From: Bugula neritina
Lineage: Eukaryota > Animalia > Bryozoa
Reading direction: 5' to 3'
Length of the DNA stretch: 24,314 bases
Assembly: GCA_964035545.1 (NCBI GenBank)
Contig: CAXIUT010000066.1
Span: forward strand, 1 to 24,314
Both the position numbers and the translations under genes were made by a program. Under the pieces are notes generated by a model. That model was not told where the DNA came from. It did no database searches and saw only the letters and a list, made by a program, of their open reading frames with translations. Positions 1 through 12,609 of this stretch are shown piece after piece; the first letter of the stretch is position 1; the number at the start of each line of letters is the position of its first letter.

Positions 1-75
1 CCCAACCCCAACCCCAACCCCAACCCCAACCCCAACCCCAACCCCAACCCCAACCCCAACCCCAACCCCAACCCC
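1..75. repeat. Left telomere, (CCCCAA)n
   Basis: Perfect C4A2 repeats at the window start, the telomere repeat known from Tetrahymena and some other ciliates. Confidence 0.98.
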
Positions 76-392
76 TACATTAAATATCATAATGGATCAA
101 TTTAATCACAAATTGATGACTATGACTATAATAATGTTAAATATTTATTAATTTTTTTACTAATCAGGAATCTAAGTTTCTTGTTTTAGAGAGATTTGAT
201 GATTAATTAAAATAATAAATAGATATCTTGAATAATATTCAACAAATCACCGATGCTACGTAGCTGATCCAACAGTTAATTGTGGAATTAGAGAAGATCA
301 TCGTAAATTTAAGATTCCCTGACACCTATGCCCAACCTTAATGTTGTGCCTAGTCAAGAGGCGATTCATATCCAGATTAAATATCATAATGA
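76..392 (+). pseudogene. Probable 3' remnant of a gene cut by the telomere (no start codon found)
   Basis: With TAR=Glu, 168-392 reads ESKFLVLERFDDELKEEIDILNNIQQITDATELIQQLIVELEKIIVNLRFPDTYAQPECCAESRGDSYPDEISE-TGA. A possible 32-nt GT-AG intron (136-167) links it to a frame that is open back into the telomere without an ATG. Confidence 0.4.
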
Positions 393-402
393 ATTAGATC
401 AA

Positions 403-1510
403 TCATTCCTCAATGATTATTTTATTTTTTAGTATTTTGTGAAGTTCTTTCAAGGCCTAAGGACTCTGAGTTTGTGTTTTTAGATACATTTGATAACTTA
501 CCTTTTTGAAAGCTGGGATGTTTTTGCTGATTGGCAAAGTTAAAAAAGGTTTCAAGTAAAGACCTATTGTCTTATTTAGCCTTCCAACTGTTTCCTCTTT
601 TTTGAGATAATCCATATATTTTTAAAAGTCAACAGTATATTCATCTTTTTCTTCATAGCATTTCAATATCTAAATAAATATAAACTTACGAATAGTTAGA
701 GTTAATTTTCAGAAAGTTCAGCAAAATCAATATTGAGTAAATTAATTTTGTTTTAAATGAAGAATAAGTTGAGCACAAGATCTGATAAGTTATATTTCAA
801 GCTGGAGATAACTGAATTAATGATTAGTTACTCATAATTGCCATTTATATTTTTTAATGTAAGGACCTTAGTTTTTGAAATGACTCAGAAGATTGTTAGA
901 AATAGCATTAATTTTCATTTTTAGGCTGTTTTTTTTGAGAATATAAGTTCCAATATGATAAGTATAACTCCAGGTAATAGACATAAGTTTTAGGATTTAA
1001 GAAATAGTTTAATTAAAAGCAAATCTTTTCTTAATACTCCAAAATGCTGTCTTTAGATATTTCTCCTCCTATATCTGGAAATCCAAATCCCTACATTTTA
1101 GTGGCTATCATTAAGGCAGCTAAGGCAATAAGTTGAAGATCTTCTTGCTTTGGATTGGGTGTCTTTTGGAAAAAGAGGTCTAAAAAGTAACTTGTCTTGG
1201 CAAACACTTCTCTTGTATAGTTGCATTTGGATGATTAAGAAAGGAGATATTTCATTATTTTCTTTTATTAAAAGAAAAGTACATATCGTTGAATTGGAGA
1301 GATCTTACTCTGAATTATCTTTTTGTAGTCAAGATGATAGGGTCCTTTCGGTAGTTATGGGTCAAGTATGGGAACATTCTGATGTAATTTTTTTTTTTCA
1401 AAAAAGTTGTGTTGGGTCAGAGTGGAGTTTAAAACTTGATTGGGAAGAGTTTCAGGGTTATGCTATTCTTGATAGGTAATGGAATTTCTACGAACTTCGC
1501 AATGTAGCAT
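403..1510 (-). CDS. Cyclin (cyclin N-terminal box protein)
   Basis: ATG at 1510, TGA at 403-405. Contains QRYKIMKYL...EVFAKTSYFLDLFF...DLQLIALAALMIATKMEG...SILEYEEKICFELNYFLNPKT, matching cyclin-box helices. Introns 1262-1282 (21 nt, inferred from alignment to the R..LI.WL motif), 812-831 and 670-689 (20 nt each). Confidence 0.88.
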
Positions 1511-1740
1511 CTCAAATCAAATAATTATAGCAAGAATAGTGTTGATTATGGCGCATGTTATCAATCAAACAAAAAGGGTATAAACAAAAGTTGATATTAT
1601 ATGATAAATAATCGAAAATATGTAGAATTTAAAAGTTAGACTTGTCTGTGTTATTATTTGAATCTGAGGTCAGTTTAAGTATTACACAAAAATGATTTGA
1701 ATTTGAGAAATAACGTAAATGTACATATTAAACAAATTAT

Positions 1741-1774
1741 CTAAGACTTAAAGAAAGCCTTTTTTAAGTCTTAG
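1741..1774. repeat. Inverted repeat / hairpin (15-bp stem with one G-T pair, 4-nt loop) in divergent intergenic region
   Basis: CTAAGACTTAAAGAA-AGCC-TTTTTTAAGTCTTAG. Confidence 0.75.
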
Positions 1775-1953
1775 TTAAGCATAATATCATCATTAAGACT
1801 TTTTGTACTTTAACTCAGATAAGGATAACAAATTCTACCATAATATATCAGATCATATTAATCAAAGAGTTTTAAATTTGATAAAATCAGCAAATACGAA
1901 ATGAATTAATCTATACTAAAAAATTTATATTTTTACTTTATCTGATATTAAAT

Positions 1954-2355
1954 ATGCTTCAATATGAATAATATTATATATAAGAGGAGATGCATCAAAA
2001 CCTATAGTTTCCTTTGAATCTTTAAGCCTACCAGGAAAGAGAACCGGCTGAAGAACAGAGAATTAGATTTCAAAACTATTTTCCAGCCTCCTAATATCTA
2101 CGCTCTGAGAGTGAACTGGTACCAATCTCAACTCATTGTTCATAGATTTAGAAAAACTATAAGAGTAAGATGGAGGAGTTCAATGTCGAATCTTTATACG
2201 AATCTGGCAAGATAAATATATATCCAAAGAAAAATACAGTAGACTTGAAGAATCATTTGAGCAAGAAGATGCAAAAGGTGGAAAAGAAGACATAGAAGGC
2301 GATGATTCAGATCGCAATAGGTTTATTGAAGAAGAAGTAGATGTAGGGTAAATGA
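1954..2355 (+). CDS. CCDC12: CCDC12/Cwf18-like pre-mRNA splicing factor, 133 aa
   Basis: Intronless ORF with TAR=Glu. Motifs IRFQNYFP and INIYPKKNTVDLKNHLSKKMQKVEKKTEKAM resemble the Cwf18-family motifs L.FRNY.P and NLAP.KP.WDLKRD..KKL..L..RT..AI. Confidence 0.75.
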
Positions 2356-2379
2356 ATAAATGATAATGATAGCATATAA

Positions 2380-4575
2380 TCAATTATCTTCCATCATTTA
2401 GTATAATTTAGTTGATGATTTTGCTATTCTGACTTTACTATTTTATATCCTGGAGATGATGAAGTTCATTTTGATGTCAGATTCGTCAGTATTTTGTTGT
2501 TTATTTGACTATTTAAGGACATTATTTGACTATCTAAGTACATTTCTATTTGATTATTTGAGTATTTGATTATTTTGATATTATTTGAATATATTTTAAG
2601 GCTATTTAGAAGGAACTTAATTGATTTGATTTTGACTTCTATAGGTTTTAATTTATGATTCTAGATATTTAATTTTATCTTTGTATTGTAATCTTTAAAG
2701 ATTGAGTTGATTTTAATAATTATTGATTTTATTCATGAAGTAATCTTTTTATTTATGATAATCTTGTTTGAGGTTGTTATACATTTAATTAAAAACTTAG
2801 TTATTATTGGTTTGATTTTATTTTTGATTCACTAGATTATTAATATGTTTTTATAGTTATTAAATATGTAATTAATATTATTTTTATCTTCTTTGATATT
2901 GTTCCATCATATTATCTCTAGCTGTTAGTGTCTTTTAATGTTATTATATTGCATCTTAAAGTAATTTTATCTTATCTGTTATATCATCTATTACATTATT
3001 CTTTATTTATATTACTTTTTATAACTTCAATATATCTTATTGCATTACTTGATTATTAAATTGTAATTTATTATTTTACTATTACAATGCTTTTATTTGT
3101 TATTTTTATATATTTTTAGTACTTAATTTTGAATTACTTTAGTTATTTACTTTTTTAGGAATAAGTTATTTCTTCTTTTTTAGATTTGATGGAGATAGAT
3201 TGCTCAGATGTTCAAGATAGGGTGATTTACTTCTTTTTATTGGTGATTTGTTGTTAGAATGGTTGTGAAGAGGAGATTTAGATCTGTTATTTGCTTTTTA
3301 TTTGCTTTTTAATGTTATTCTTTATGTGCTTTTATTTTTTTTATGGCTTATTTAGTGCAGTTGATATGTTCCTGATCGACAAGAGTTAGTTTATTTCTTT
3401 TGTTGCTCTGATTTCTTTAATTTTAGTGATGAATATTCTTTACTTAATTTTTATTCTTTATGAGGTTTTTAGAATGGAAGTTGAATATGACTTATTTATT
3501 TTTTTATGTGTAAATTGTTATTTTTTTGTCGATATTCTATTGAATTAAAAGATTGTAGCTTATTTTTAGATGATTTTTTGTTATTTCTTGATGCTTGAAT
3601 AGTACATACTGTATAATTTTATCCAATATAAATATGATTAATAATTTGATTATCCATAGTTATGAGTGGAAAGGGTTTATTTCTTGGTTAATAATCACTG
3701 ATTCCAAGTTCTCCATATGCATTTTTACCCCATATCCAAGCCTATCCTGACTAGGTAACAGCAAATCCATTATCTAGGCTAAGTTGAACAGATTTGAAAG
3801 GTTGTGACAATTTAGCAAATTATGTAAATTGATCATATGTTTAATTGTTATATTTGCCTTAAATATACAATCTTTTATTTTAGCTAATACCAACAAAATA
3901 ATCTGAGGCAGCAATTTATATAAATTTGATTTTAGTATCAACTTAGAAAGTAAGAGTAGGTTTATTTTTTTAACTCATATATAATTGACCATTATCTCTG
4001 AGAAAATAATTGTGATTGACTCCAGGTGCAATATCAATGATATTTTTACCATTTAGTTGGTTTATTAGTATAGGATCTGAATATGTTTTTGTTTAATACC
4101 ACTAGTTTCTTTTAAGATGATAAATCGAGTGAGTTGTAGTGATGAATATGTCGTTGTAGTTCATGTAGACGTTGATAGAGGGTTCTAGTATGTTTATTTT
4201 GGAGGGAGTTAGCTCTCCATTGACTATTTTTTATGAATTGAATTCCATGATGAAGGCTTATCCTTGTGAATTTATTATTACTATCATGTTGTCAGTAGTT
4301 GCTATATCGAGGACTGATTGGAAGGTGTTTATTTGGTAGATTGCGCTTTGGTAGTAGCATAGTAGAGGATTTGAAGGTTTAGGTAGGATGAGGATATAAT
4401 CGTGTCCTGGTGCACATTTGTGGATGGGCTGGTTGATGGGTATTTTTTGAGGGAGAGAATATGTTTTTTTATGGTTTTGTCGGAAGAGTCGATTGTTGTT
4501 ACCTTTGTTATTTATTAAGTACTTCCCCAGACGAACATTATCGTTAAATTTAAAATTATAAACCATATACTGCAT
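2380..4575 (-). CDS. RCC1-repeat (beta-propeller) protein with Ser/Lys-rich linker and C-terminal coiled coil, 731 aa
   Basis: Uninterrupted frame from ATG 4575 to TGA 2380-2382. RCC1-like blades IIDIAPGVNHNYFLRDNGQLY and GFAVTESGEAWIWGKNAYGELGISDYEPRNKPFPL. Confidence 0.82.
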
Positions 4576-4641
4576 ATTATATCAAGTTAATTAAATTAAG
4601 GTTCATTGTTAATACTTAATATTGATTTCTATAATAATAAA

Positions 4642-6657
4642 ATGAAGTAAGGGTTTTTTCAAAACATAAAAAACTTTTTCTAAAAAATAAATTCTCCTTC
4701 CAAGCCTTATGAAGATTAATCCCCTACATCAATCGATCCTAAAGTATATTTAAAAGCATTTAGATCATTAATTTCAATGTAACTTAACAAAAAAGTCCTC
4801 AGAAAGAGATCAACCAAGAAAACAATGAATTAAAGTACATAGATATAAAAGTAGTTAAGGTGATTTAGGTTTATTAATGGATTGGAGTTAGTTAGGTATA
4901 AGTAGTATGAATGTGGTTAGTGGCTAAATACCTGTTTTGGTTGATAGCAGGTATGTATAGACTAAAAATGCTTATGGTCATTTTTGTCGTTGTGTCCTCA
5001 TATTGACTGAATATCAACTTTTAATTAAGATAGCTGATGGGGTGATTCGGTTTTCATTGGGTAAGATTTAGAAAATGAGTAGACAAGTTAATTCCTAGAA
5101 AGATACTCAGATGATGATTAATTTGAAAGATGGGAGGGTTTTTAAGTTGATCGTTGGGAGTTAGATTTTGAGTAGAAATATATACTAAAAGATATAGACT
5201 TTTGTAAATGTTAAAAGTAAAAATCAATTCTTTGCTTTTAAATACTACTAACATAATAAATAACTGGAGAATCAGTACAAAGGATGGCAATTGTATGATA
5301 TGAGGGCATAGTACAAAAGAATGGGATTGAATTTGATGCCGCATACTTAGGATAAAATATCATAATATTGGGGATTATTCAAGTAGGTTGACAATTCTGG
5401 TGGTAAAATATGTCAAACCTATGCAAGCAAGATAGTAGTTCCTTCGAGAATGCCTTATGATAGTATAGTTAGATGTGCTAAATTCAGATGTAGATATCGT
5501 TTACCAGCTCTATCATATGCTTATCAATACAGAAAAGGTTAGTTTTCAGGTTTATATCGATCTAGTCAGAGCAAAGTAGGAGTGAGTAATAATAGATCTT
5601 CTGATGATTAGTTGTTATTGAAGTTGATTGGCAATCCTAAAATCGATCCTAAAACTTATAATAATGATACTTCTAGTCATATGTAGGTTAACTGTGTGAT
5701 ATATGATGCTCGTAACAAGATGGCTGCATTCGGTAACAAAGTAGTAGGTAAAGGGTATTAATCTGAATAATACTATTTGAATTGTAAGGTATAATTTTTG
5801 AATATTCCTAATATCCATGCTGTTAGGTAGTCTTTTAACAAGACTTTGAAGGCGGTTCATGGAGATGAGTTAAAATTTTATTCAGCATTGTCTGAATCTG
5901 AATGGTATGATTTTATATTTTTGATTATTGAAGGTGCAAGTAGAATTGTTTAATCTTTGATGGAGGGAAAAAATGTTTTAGTGCATTGTAGTGATGGATG
6001 GGATCGGACATCTCAGTTGTGTTCTTTGACTGGGATATTACTTGATCCTTATTATAGAACTATGGCTGGGTTTCAAGTGTTGGTGGAGAAAGATTGGATG
6101 CGTTTTGGATATCAATTTGCTGTGAGGATGGGTCAGGGAGTGAATAACTCTGATCAATAGGGTAAATCTCAAGTATTTTTGCAATTTTTGGATTGTGTTA
6201 GTCAGTTGCTTCATCAATTTCCTCATGATTTTTAATTTAATTATAGATATCTTCAGGAACTGGAGTAGTTATCACATAGTCTTCTTTTTGGTAACTTTTT
6301 ATGTAATTCTGAATTATAGATGAAAAATAATAATATATAGACTAAGACTGTATCGTTATGGAGTTATTTTATGAAGAATAAATAGAAATATATTAATCCT
6401 TATTACTTTAAGACTAATTTAATTTTGTATCCTTGTAGTTCTGGTAAAAATTTTCGTTTTTGGAAATAATATTTTTTACAGTATGTAGATGGTTTTTAAG
6501 ATATCTATAATATCCAGCCTTGCAAGTTTAATTAGTAATTATGAATTAAAATAGATGTACTTTGGACGTTATGTACTAGAGACTTAAAAAATAGAAAAAT
6601 AAAATGTAGAAACAAGAAGACAAATACAAAGATACAAAAGCTAAATAAAATAGTTGA
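4642..6657 (+). CDS. Myotubularin-family phosphoinositide 3-phosphatase (N-terminal PH-GRAM-like region, intact catalytic loop)
   Basis: Motifs [54 protein letters not shown] and TVSLWSY. Inferred 20-nt introns at 4744-4763, 4835-4854 and 6535-6554. If the last intron is not spliced, the stop is at 6542-6544. Confidence 0.95.
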
Positions 6658-6742
6658 TGCTGATAATTTTTATTCATTATCTATGTTTTTATTGATTTTA
6701 ATTATTTTTAGAGATTTTCCGCTTAGTATTATTATTATATTA

Positions 6743-9700
6743 ATGAGTGTGAAGGAAGAAGAGTTTCCTTTCGAGGAATTTATCGAAGCTTTGCAATAAG
6801 GTGGATCTTTAAAGAAATCTCTCAAAAATATACTATCAGCAGTCATTGAAAAGAATATGTAAAGTTAATAATATAAAGATATTGGACCTACTCAGCCGTA
6901 TCAACCATTATAGAAATATTAAAAACAAAAGATTAAGAACCAATTATTAAATGTCGATCAATGGAAGCTGCTACTATTCTATTTTAAACTTGTGAGTATC
7001 CGGTTTTTGTTTTTGTTTAAGTTTATTTGCTTCCCATTTTATTGGAAGTTTCAAACTATAAGGGCAGGAAATCATAGGAGCTAATATCATATTATTTTCA
7101 ACAAACTCAAAGAAGTGAAGATTCTCCTTAAATGAAACAAATCAGTCTATAATTTGTTGAAAGATGTCATTAGCTTATATTCTACGCTGCTAAAATTAAA
7201 CCTTTTAGAACTGTTTAAACAGAAGAACTTCAACAAGAATCTCTATTCTTTAAAAATGCTAGATTACTAAAATAAAGAGGAACAGAAGAACCTAAAAAAT
7301 ATACTTGGTGTAGCTAAACCAAATAAAAAGAATATAGAAAGCGTTATCTTTCTAATTTAAAAAAGTTTAATTAGTAATCAGATTAATGGACCTAATTTTT
7401 ACTAGTTAACTTGTTAGAATAAATTCAAACTGGAAAGAAATAACTATTATAGCTAAGATTACTTTTACCCTATGGATAAAGTTTTATGACATCAGCTATT
7501 ATTAATTTTTGTTAGGAAGAACTTTTAGATATTTCTTAATCTCTTGATTTGAAAAAGAAATATCTGGGTATTTTGAATTAGTTAGTTAGAAATGGGGATA
7601 TCTAAGCTATAATAATGGTTAAAAATAGTTAGATTGTACCAACTATTGTGTCTCATATCAGTAAATTTCCTGGACAGCAAGGAGTTAATGTCGGATAGGG
7701 TATTTTTCCTTAAGTTAAGGCAACTAAGCAAGTAAAAAAATAGTTTTATTGTGACTTTTTAAGATGTCTTTAAAACTGGGCTACCTCTCTACCTGAAGAT
7801 TACGATTCAGATGATTTCAATATTAAGAGTATCTATGAACATTTAAAAATTGCTAAAAAGTTTAAGTTTCCTTAAAATCTTTTAATAAATAGGTATAAGA
7901 AGGAAATTTTGTAAAATATTTAAAAGAATAAGGAGAGAAATGATCGTTTGCTTTAAATTTTAGAGAACATGTAAGAAAGTAAGCAGCAATCAATAAGTAA
8001 GCCAGCTGTATCTAAAATGAGTAATGTTTTACAGAAGACAACTTTACTAGCACCAGCTCAACTATAGATCAAGCTTGAAGATATCAAAAAAAGTCTTAAA
8101 TAAATAGTAATAAATCAATAAAAAGCAGAAGCTAATGAAAAAGCATTGCGTCAATTCAAAGATAATTGGATAACATATTTATAGTCTCTTGATTTTGATG
8201 GAACTGACTAGGAACATCTTGAGTAATTGATAGGAAATGGTTAGAAATGTGTCTAACAGATTCAATTGATAGTTCCTATTTATGCAAATTTATCTAAAGG
8301 AAAAATTAATTATAGATAATTCAAAGAAAGGGTTTGTGATTCATTAGAGTTTCACAATGATGTGAGTCAAACTAATATGAGTATGGATAAATCTAAATCA
8401 ATCAAAGTGAGTAAAATAGCTTTAAGTAAGATGGGTAAAAGTAAAGTAGCATCCAAAATGGGTAATTCTTATTTATAGAAAATAAAAGCTAAGAGTAAGA
8501 TAGGAGATAAGACTAGAATGAATATGAGTAAAGCTATGGATCGAAGTAAGGTAATGGAAATAAGCAATATGTTGGAAAGAAGTAAATGCATGGATAGAAG
8601 TAAACATAATATGGGAGATACTAGTATGAAGAAAGGTTACTAAAAGACATTAGATTATCAAAAAATATAGAGTGCTAAATAGTTAGAATCAGAAAATATA
8701 GATGAATCTATTACAAAAAATTATAAAATATAAGAAAGATAAACAATAACAAACTTAAAACAGCATTTTTAGACTCCTAAAACTAAAAATATTGTTATTG
8801 AAGATGTAATTACATCAAAAAAACATCAAATCCATTCTAGTAAAGATATTTATGAAGATTAAGATGAAAAAATTATTAGAATTGCTGATTATTAAGTAGA
8901 ACCTTATGAATAAAAAAAGCCATCAACAACTCCAAAATTATCTAGTAGTAGAGATAAAAGTCATAATTCTGGTTCAAAAATATTGGGTAGAAGAAATAAT
9001 AGTAGACTTGATAAATCAGGTGATAGTAAAATAAGTATAGGAAGAAGAAGTATCAGTGGTAAGAAGATAAAATAAACATCTTTATTGAAAAAAAGTCAAA
9101 TATAACAAAATAAAACTCAAAAAATAAGTTAAAGTTCACAATCAATAGAGAATAAAATTAAATAAAATGAGACAATTGCCCTTAAGAGTGGTATTAAAAA
9201 TGAAGTTTCGATAAAAAAGAGTTAAAAATAAGAATAATACGATAAATTTAATGTAGAAGCGGGAGAAATATCAAGTATTCATTCTAATTCTAATATCAGA
9301 GTAGTTCATCATTCTTCAGAAAAAAATCTTAACTTAACTAATCAAATTAGCGATCTTAATCATTCTAAATAGGCTTTCAAAGGAAAATAAATCAAATAAA
9401 TAAAATAAACGAAATAAAAGAAATAAATAAAATAAGTTGTTTAATATGTGACCCAAGATTTTCAAGTAGCTCCTCTTGTTGGAGATTATTATCAAGAATC
9501 TCACAAAAAAGATAAACATGTTAAACAATAATTTTCCAAAAAAAGATTAGATGATTCAAGATCAAAAGAAAAACCTGAAGAAGGGCCAAATTTTCGAAAC
9601 ATTTTTATGAAAAAGACTGAACAGATCGAGAAAAGACATTTTAATTAAGTTAAAAAGAGATAAACTTCAGAGAATCATTATATTGTAAAAAAATAACCTT

Positions 9701-10833
9701 AGAGATAATCAAGATACACTGCTAATGGACTTTAGGCAGCAGCTAGAGAGGGATTTGTAAGCCCAACGAGTCGTAATTCTTTTAAGAATACTGATAATGG
9801 TCAGGTTTCATCAAGTAAACTAACAGATGTCAAGTACTTATAATAAAAAAAGAATAAAGAGATTCTGGCTTTACATTCTAAAATAAAATAACTTGAAAAA
9901 GAATCATTATCAATGAAAATGAAATTAGCCCATAAGGATAATGAAATTCGATCATTTAAAAGTAAAAGTGGATCAAATAATGGTTCAGAGAGAGGATTTG
10001 CTCATTTCACAACTGCAAGTAATAGTAATTTCTAAAAAAGTTCTCTTAGAAGTAGTTCAGCAAGCAGAAAAGGTGAAATGACTCAATTTCAGAGAGAAGT
10101 TTAAAGTGGTTATAAGCAATATCTGGAAAGAATCAAAGGAAATACTTTTAGAAAAAGTTTACTGAAGTTGAAGTGTTTGGTACATAGAACTGACTAGATT
10201 TAAATAGGTTGTTTATCTCAGCGTTGTGAGTAGATGCTTGAATCAACTCTCTATGTCACACCACATAGATTCGATATGATAGATTTTTCAATTTCAGTGA
10301 TCCATGATCATCGATTGAAGATAAAAGTCTCTCCATAGAATGTTAAAGTTATTCCTGCTATGAAACAGCAAAAGATTCATTTGATGATCTAAGTGGATAA
10401 AATACCTTTTTGTGTTCCATAGTTCTAGATTAATTATAAAGCTGATTCCTAGTACTGTTCTAACTATAGTCGTTTAACTTTACCTTTGGCTTTTAATAAA
10501 TTTTGTATTATTCGTCCTTTAAAAGTATAATCTAAAAATGATCGACATATTGATTATGTGAAGACAGATAGTTTTAAAATAAACATGAAGGTAATTAGAC
10601 TAGATAAATTATCAGATGCATTTCCTAATTTTGTATGTTTACCTGCAATAAAAGGTCGCTAGTATTCAATTTTAGGAGCTACTTGTTAATTTGGTTCTTC
10701 TTGTTTTAATTTGATGGTTAATATAAGTGAAAAGATGTCATGGATTGAAGGGTATTTACTGAAGGGGGATTCCAAAGTAATGAATTTTTTAATATGCACT
10801 TTAAAGGAAATAATCGATGGTTCTAAAAAATGA
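6743..10833 (+). CDS. Large putative trafficking adaptor (~1356 aa): VHS/ENTH-like helical N-terminus, GAT-like bundle, long Ser/Lys-rich linker, alpha-adaptin-appendage-like C-terminus
   Basis: One 20-nt intron (6859-6878), then an open frame to TGA 10831-10833. C-terminal FRKSLLKLKCLVHRTDEIEIGC...QQKIHLMIEVDKIPFCVPEFEINY...LTLPLAFNKF resembles the AP-2 alpha ear. LENWA...IYEHLK..KKFKFP resembles the end of a VHS domain. The gene model is firmer than the domain calls. Confidence 0.7.
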
Positions 10834-10900
10834 TAACTATTTATGCTGATTTTATTTTATCTGATGATTATTTTACTATTAATAGTTAAGTAATTTATTT

Positions 10901-12490
10901 ATGTTACCTCACAATAGCTATCAATCTTATCAAACATTACCTCATCCTCAACAACAATCAATTGATCTTAATTTTAATGTTGATTGGAATACTAGAACCC
11001 TAAATTTCAACATGCCTCTTGCAGCCCAGCCTTTTGCCAAAAAGCAATAAGTTCCGATGGTATATCCAACTCGTCAATTAAGTCCAGGTTACTATCCTAA
11101 TCAATCATATCTAAGCTCAAATCATCCTTCATCACTACCAGGTTATCCAATGACAGCATCAAGGCCGATTACCAATTATGGTAGACCTTAACAGATGCAA
11201 GCATCAGAGTATCAACGGTATCCTTCTGATAATTCTGAGATAATGAGACTATCAAGCAACAAGAATGTTAAATCTGCAAATGATACCTATCCTGAAACAT
11301 ATAATTCTTTTTCAATAAATGTTGAGAAATCTCTTGAAGCTGTAAATTGCGTCATATGTGATAAACCTATTAAAAGAGAACAGTTTCAAGCTCATTTAGA
11401 TACTCATAAAGGGAAAAAAGTTGGATCACATCCCATCAATACATCTCATAATAGTAAAAAAAATTAAAGCAGAAATTAAGCTTCTAGGGGAGGACCTTCC
11501 TCTTTTTCAGTTAGAAATCAAAATTCATTTGCTCAAGCTGCATAACTATACCAGTAAAGTTCTTCTCCTAATTCACTTAGTTTTAAACCTAACAATTCAA
11601 GTTTTTCTAGAAGTAATCAAATAAACAAATCATCTTTTGAGAGATAGATCGAAGAATCTCAATCTAGGATAGTATATGTCCCTAGAGATTTATCTTCTCG
11701 AATGGTAAGTGGAGGACAATCTGACTTTAATTACAGTCAATCTATTGAACAGCAAATGATACATCAACCAAGTTTTAAAAAATAGGTTAAAGAGCCTTCA
11801 ATATCTCATCCAAGTTTAAGTTTGCCTCATTCTAACCGTAATTCTCTTTCAGCTGGTGTTATTCCAAGTATTTCTCAAAGTAATAGGGGTAATACTATTA
11901 ATTTTTCTCCACACTAAATATCAAGACAGAATGATAAAAGTAGATCTTCTCAAAATCAATTTTCTAGGCAAAGTGCCGCTAACAACAACAAATCTTTAAA
12001 AAAAACATTAAATATCAGAGATAATAGTAGACAATAAAAGAGTCAAAGTAGAAATAATCCTTTGAATTTTCAAGATTTGCATCAAACATAGTCTCAAATA
12101 TATAGACCTCAGCAACCTAAACTTACTCGAACTGAGAACCAGAAGAGTTCTCTTGAGGATTGCGATCAAAGCATTATTCATCATTTGAATAATCTTTCTC
12201 TATTTAGCAAGGAATCATCTATTGGATAGTTAAAGAGATAGTTGAAAATTCGATAAATTGTAGAGTAAGATAGTAGTTCTTAAGATGATTTGTATTATTC
12301 AGTAAAACCAACTCCATCAGCTCGTTACTATACTTCAGTTGAGCATTCAAAGCATCCTAAGAGAATGTCTGATACAAAATATAGCAATGGTTTAAGTCGT
12401 ACTAAACTTCCTGTAAACTATTTAGCTGTAGAAGAATTTATTCAAAATCCATTATACTATTCTTGTTATAGATCAACTCATCATAGATGA
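10901..12490 (+). CDS. Ser/Gln/Pro-rich low-complexity protein with a single C2H2/UBZ-like zinc finger, 529 aa
   Basis: Continuous frame (TAR=Glu) joining the ORF-track fragments 11195-11467 and 12290-12490; contains CVICDKPIKREQFQAHLDTH. Confidence 0.78.
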
Positions 12491-12609
12491 TATTTATGTT
12501 TAAATTAATTATTTTATGATCTTATATCTATTTGATATTTATTTTTCCAATAAAAGAGGAATAGCATTTTATTTTTAATATTTATAAAACATTATTTTTA
12601 AAATTTCTG

